A DNA stretch of 32,000 bases from Escherichia coli (GTDB taxonomy: Bacteria; Pseudomonadota; Gammaproteobacteria; Enterobacterales; Enterobacteriaceae): NCBI RefSeq assembly GCF_031660515.1, contig NZ_CP134362.1, one strand, 5' to 3'. This document shows positions 27,505-32,000 of this stretch, piece after piece. How positions within the stretch are numbered: position 1 is the stretch's first letter; each line of letters begins with the position of its first letter. Below the pieces are notes generated by a model that was given only the letters and a program-made list of their open reading frames with translations, made no database searches and was not told where the DNA came from. The position numbers were made by a program, and so were the translations under genes.

Positions 27505-28437
27505 ATGCACTATCTGGGGTTGGATATTGGTGGGACCAAAATCGCCGCCGTTGTCATGGATGCGCATGGCTGGGAGATTCGCCGTTACCGCTGCCCGACG
27601 CAAAAGTCAACATATCAACAATTTGTCTCATGCGTTGTGGCGCTTATCGAGCAGATTAGGCGGGACGTTCAACGACCGATGCTGACAGGGATCGCCTTAC
27701 CCGGCAGTATCTCGCCACTCACTGGCCTGATTAAAAACGCGAATATTCAGGTGATTAACGGTCATGCGTTACAGGCTGATTTGCAGCAATTGCTTGGGCA
27801 ACGGGTGGTGATAGCCAATGATGGTAACTGTTTCGCGCTATCAGAAGCTTGCGACGGTGCCGGGCAAGATTATGACGTGGTATTTGGTATTACGCTTGGT
27901 ACGGGCTGCGGCGGTGGCATTGCCATCAAGCAACGACCGTTTATAGGGGCCTGGGGAAATGCTGCCGAATGCGGTCATATCACGTTGCCAGGCTATACGG
28001 AGCAGGAAGATGGTCCATCAGTCAGTTGCTATTGCGGCAAACACAACTGCGTGGAGTCGTTTGTTTCCGGCAGCGGTTTTAGTGAACGCTATCAACAGAT
28101 GACTGGTAACTTGCTCACTTCTGCGGCGATTGTCACCCTGGCACAACGTGGTGATGCTTGTGCCATGCAGCAGGTGGCACGTTTTCGCCAACAGCTTGCC
28201 CGCACGCTGGCAACCATCGTTAATGTTGTTGACCCTGGCGTGATTGTGATCGGCGGCGGGCTTTCGAATGTGGAACTGCTTATCACCGATCTGAACGCAG
28301 AAGTCGCTCCACTGGTTTTCACCGATCAATTCACCACTCCCATTGTAAAAGCACAGCACGGCGACAGTAGCGGAATGCGTGGCGCTGCCTGGCTTGCTAT
28401 GCGCAACGGAGAAGCCAATGAAACGTTCACAAATTAA
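27505..28437 (+). CDS. ROK-family sugar kinase (310 aa)
   Basis: MHYLGLDIGGTKIAAVVMD and CGHITLPG...CYCGKHNCVESFVSG ROK zinc motif; the track start (27472) is 11 codons upstream. Confidence 0.9.
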   Translation: MHYLGLDIGGTKIAAVVMDAHGWEIRRYRCPTQKSTYQQFVSCVVALIEQIRRDVQRPMLTGIALPGSISPLTGLIKNANIQVINGHALQADLQQLLGQRVVIANDGNCFALSEACDGAGQDYDVVFGITLGTGCGGGIAIKQRPFIGAWGNAAECGHITLPGYTEQEDGPSVSCYCGKHNCVESFVSGSGFSERYQQMTGNLLTSAAIVTLAQRGDACAMQQVARFRQQLARTLATIVNVVDPGVIVIGGGLSNVELLITDLNAEVAPLVFTDQFTTPIVKAQHGDSSGMRGAAWLAMRNGEANETFTN

Positions 28438-29098
28438 TTATGTTATTGATAAAGCACATGCCATTGCGCAGACCGTCCGCGTTTGTTTGCCAGAGTTCGC
28501 CTATTTTACGGTGGATGACTGGCTGCAGCGGGAACGGGATAACTGGCAAGAAGTGGTCGACTTACAGCTCGGTTGGGATATCACCGATTTTGGTCGTGGT
28601 GATTTCAACCAAACGGGACTAACACTGCTAACGATGCGCAACGGCGCGCTGGGGTCGGCGGCATATCCAAAACCGTATGCTGAGAAAATGTTGCAGATCC
28701 AACAAGATCAGCAGACTCCCTGGCATTTTCACACCCACAAAATGGAAGATATCCTCAATCGGGGCGGTGGAGACTTATGCATGCAGTTGGCCTGGGCCAA
28801 CGAAGCCAATCTCTGTGATGATCAACGAGTCATTACCGTGAGTGTTGATGGTCAGCGGCGTACCATGAAACCTGGTGAAACGCTGGTGCTAAAGCCGGGG
28901 CAGGGCATTTGCCTGCCACCGCGTCTGTATCATCGCTTCTGGGCGGAAAAAGCGTTTGTTCTCGGCTGGGAAATCTCGATGGTAAATGATGACCAACACG
29001 ATAATTATTTTCTTGAGCCGGGAGGACGTTTTCCGGCGATAGAAGAAGATGAACCGGTGAAATGGTTATTGTGCAGTGAGTATGGAATTTTGCGCTAA
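28418..29098 (+). CDS. Cupin-fold D-lyxose ketol-isomerase-like protein (226 aa)
   Basis: MKRSQINYVIDKAHAIAQTVR...WHFHTHKMEDILNRGGGDLCMQL...; ATG 28418 overlaps the end of the kinase ORF. Confidence 0.85.
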   Translation: MKRSQINYVIDKAHAIAQTVRVCLPEFAYFTVDDWLQRERDNWQEVVDLQLGWDITDFGRGDFNQTGLTLLTMRNGALGSAAYPKPYAEKMLQIQQDQQTPWHFHTHKMEDILNRGGGDLCMQLAWANEANLCDDQRVITVSVDGQRRTMKPGETLVLKPGQGICLPPRLYHRFWAEKAFVLGWEISMVNDDQHDNYFLEPGGRFPAIEEDEPVKWLLCSEYGILR

Positions 29099-29105
29099 TA
29101 ACGGG

Positions 29106-29135
29106 GAACGCTAGCGCTGATATCCGCTAGCGTCC
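29106..29135. terminator. Bidirectional hairpin between the operon end and yicH
   Basis: ACGCTAGCG (29108-29116) pairs with CGCTAGCGT (29125-29133), followed by CCTTATTTTT on + strand. Confidence 0.7.
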
Positions 29136-29141
29136 TTATTT

Positions 29142-30851
29142 TTACTGCACCGGCTCCGTCGACGTAACTTCACCACTGGAAACTACGCCCGCATTCATGG
29201 TTTGAGTCACTTGCTGCTTTGCGGCATTCACGGCATGCAATTGCCCGCTAACCGTAGGTTTCAGCGGGACATTGACCTGAATATCGCCACTGGCGGTAAG
29301 CTGAATATTGCCGTCGCCAGTCAACGGTAATTCAGGCCATCCCCAATGTTGCAAAATATTCACCGGCACACCGCGTCCATTCAGGCTGATATGGGTCTGA
29401 CGTTGTGGCGTTTGTGAAACACTGGCGGTGGCTTCCAGAATGCCTTTTTCAGTAAATGCACTCAGTTCGCTGATATTCACCGTGCTGCTGTTGGCAGTTA
29501 GCGCCAGCGACGGACGACGGACATCAACACGATTAAACGTTGCGGCGGCGGCATTCAGATTCGCCGAGCCACTCCAGACGCCCCATTTATGATCGGTAAC
29601 CAGCGTCAGATTGGCACCGTAACCATCGAGCGCGGTGAGCTGCCACGGGAAGTCAGGGTCGATATCAATGATCAGATTGCGGCTGGCGCTAAATCTCTTC
29701 AGTTGCAGGCTGTTTAACCAACCGGGTGTCGTTTCCATCCACAACTGTTGCCAGTTTTTTGGCAAGGTATATTCCAGTCCGGCAATTGCCGCATCATCGA
29801 GGATCAGCGTTTTCCCGTCGCGTTGCCAGTTTCCTGACGTTCTGACCATACCCCCTTCCCAGCGGCTGGTGAACTGGCGCAGTGCTACGCTCTGCGGGGA
29901 AAATTCTGCGTTTATAATCGGATCAAATAAATGCAGCGAGCCATAAATAAACTCGCTGGCGTTCATCGACAGTTTGCCTTCCTGTGTCTGCCAGTCATCT
30001 TTACTGAAGGTCATGTTGCGCAAGCTGAGATCGAGGTCGGTCACCGCCCAGTCCGGACCTTGCAAACGAGCATCGATGACTTCCAGGCGACCAATCTGCA
30101 ACGACGGGACAGAGCGTAATGGTGCAAAGAAGTCGGTTAGCGATTTTTCGCTTTGTAGACGGATATCCGCCATGCGCAGGTTTTCCACTTGCCAGCTGCC
30201 GTCAGCGTTACGCTGCGCGTTTCCGGTTAATGTCCCGCGGGCGATGTCGGCACCCAGGTTAGTCAGCGTAACGCGATCGTTATCAATACTGCCTTCAATC
30301 AGTACATTGGTTGCAGGAACATCATTGAGCGAAAGCGATCCGGCACTAAACTGAATCTGCGCCTTCGTACCCAGCACTTTACCGGCTTCTGGTGACCACG
30401 GAACCACGCCGCCATTTACCCGCTGCGCGCTCAGTTTCCATTCGCTATTCGGGCTATTAAACGCCATATCACGCAGTTGCAGACGATCGGCTTTGAACGG
30501 TAGCGGCGCGGTCTGGTCGGTGAGATTCAGCGTCCCGTTTTCCAGCAGGATGGTATCGACATGGCGTGGTTCGGTCAGTTGCCGACTGCTTAGCGCAATG
30601 TCGACACTTTTTGCTACCAGGGTCGCGGGCTGGCCATCACGGCCAAACGTGACGTTCTCCAGCACGATATGAGATGGCGCGGAAAAACGGTGATCCATCG
30701 CCCCGAAGGCCAGATGATAGTCGCTATTCTCGGAAACCCATGCGCTGATATGTTCTGCTCCCCAGCGGGTTTGCAGAAGAAAATAGAGGCCAGCGATCAA
30801 CACTAACAGAGCGATGAAAATGTAGAGAAGCAGCTTCCCAATAAATTTCAT
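29142..30851 (-). CDS. yicH: YicH, AsmA-family protein (569 aa)
   Basis: MKFIGKLLLYIFIALLVLIAGLYFLLQTRWGAEHISAW...; the track ORF adds 8 N-terminal residues. Confidence 0.95.
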   Translation of the reverse strand: MKFIGKLLLYIFIALLVLIAGLYFLLQTRWGAEHISAWVSENSDYHLAFGAMDHRFSAPSHIVLENVTFGRDGQPATLVAKSVDIALSSRQLTEPRHVDTILLENGTLNLTDQTAPLPFKADRLQLRDMAFNSPNSEWKLSAQRVNGGVVPWSPEAGKVLGTKAQIQFSAGSLSLNDVPATNVLIEGSIDNDRVTLTNLGADIARGTLTGNAQRNADGSWQVENLRMADIRLQSEKSLTDFFAPLRSVPSLQIGRLEVIDARLQGPDWAVTDLDLSLRNMTFSKDDWQTQEGKLSMNASEFIYGSLHLFDPIINAEFSPQSVALRQFTSRWEGGMVRTSGNWQRDGKTLILDDAAIAGLEYTLPKNWQQLWMETTPGWLNSLQLKRFSASRNLIIDIDPDFPWQLTALDGYGANLTLVTDHKWGVWSGSANLNAAAATFNRVDVRRPSLALTANSSTVNISELSAFTEKGILEATASVSQTPQRQTHISLNGRGVPVNILQHWGWPELPLTGDGNIQLTASGDIQVNVPLKPTVSGQLHAVNAAKQQVTQTMNAGVVSSGEVTSTEPVQ

Positions 30852-30971
30852 GGTCTTCCATCCCGTGAAATGCACATAAGGGAGTTATGCACGATTTACG
30901 CGCAATCCTCAAGGCGGGAATGGTGAAAGAGGTGAGACTGCGGCGGTAATTATCTTACCGCCGCCAGTGAA

Positions 30972-32000
30972 TTACTGTTTTTCTGGTGGGAAAATCAGAT
31001 TCAGCACGATGGCAGTAATACCGCCCGCGGCAATCCCGGAGGAGAGCAGGTTTTTCAGCCATTCAGGGGCAAACTGCAAAATCAGCGGCTGCTGAGACAC
31101 GCCCAGACCGACCGCCAGCGACAGCGCGATAATCAGAATCGCCCGGCGGTTCAGCGGCTCACGAGAAACGATACGCACACCGGAGGCGGCGATGGTGCCA
31201 AACATTACAAGCGTTGCGCCGCCCAGAACCGGTTCTGGAATGTGTTGTACAAAACCGCTCACTGCCGGGAACAGACCCAGCACGATCAACATCAGCGCGA
31301 CGACAAAACCGACATAGCGGCTGGCAACACCGGTTAACTGGATCACCCCGTTGTTCTGCCCGAAGCAGGAGTTCGGGAAGGTATTAAATACCGCCGAGAC
31401 AAACGAGTTCAGGCCGTTTGCCAGCACGCCGCCTTTCAGACGTTTCATGTACAGCGGACCGGAAACCGGCTGTTCGGAAACGTCAGAGGTCGCCGTGATA
31501 TCGCCAATGGTTTCCAGCGAAGTGATCATAAAGACCAGCATCAGCGGCAGCAGCAGACTCCATTCAATGCCAAGACCGTAATAGAGCGGCGTTGGCACCA
31601 TAATCAGTTCTTGCGTCATCGGTTCGTTGCTTTCTGGCAACATGCCCATAAACCACGCCAGCGCATATCCGGCCGCCATCGCAATGACCAGTGAGGCCAC
31701 GCGTAAGTAAGGGTTACGTTGACGGTTAAGCAGGATAATTAAGGCTAAGACCACGCCTGCCAGCAGCAGATTTTTCGGTGCGCCGAAGGTGTTATCGCTC
31801 ATGGCTGCGTAACCGCCGCCAATGGAGGTCAGCCCAACCTGAATTAGCGACAGGCCGATAATCATCACCACAACGCCAGAAACCAGCGGCGTAATAATGC
31901 GGCGCGCCAGATGCAGAACGCGGGAGATCACCATCTCGGTACAACTTGCCAGCATCAACGTGCCGAACAAAGCTGCCATCATGGTAGGAACATCAGCACC
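30972..32000 (-). CDS. xanP: XanP xanthine permease, C-terminal part (continues past window)
   Basis: ...[45 protein letters not shown]...NLIFPPEKQ; NCS2 family; frame is open to the window edge. Confidence 0.93.

Overview
E. coli chromosomal window around the selC (tRNA-Sec) integration hotspot. Backbone genes, left to right: 3' end of yicO/adeQ, yicN, nepI, yicS(-), nlpA, yicL(-), [island region], selC(-), yicJ, yicI, a PTS/aldolase/ROK-kinase/sugar-isomerase operon matching the ExPEC-associated frz operon, yicH(-), xanP(-, partial). An apparently complete P4-like satellite (about 10.66 kb, 7127-17783) is inserted at the 3' end of selC. It is bounded by a 23-bp direct repeat and carries int, a 19-nt P2/P4-type cos, psu, delta, sid, an iteron origin, vis/AlpA, a C4/CI-type immunity RNA region, epsilon, orf151, cnr/orf106, alpha and crr. 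Between cos and int, in the slot where P4 relatives carry variable cargo that is often anti-phage, sits a tightly coupled AT-rich two-gene module (14672-16366). It encodes a 386-aa soluble protein and a roughly 175-aa protein with about four membrane segments. This is my main candidate for an undescribed (possibly RexAB-like) defence system. A degenerate third att-like repeat at 5908-5926 brackets a rhuM gene, and a decayed second rhuM fragment plus a frameshifted ORF lie beyond it. This suggests successive insertions and apparent loss of setC. The supplied ORF track gives the wrong strand for at least 3881..4858 and 7635..9968 (both are minus).
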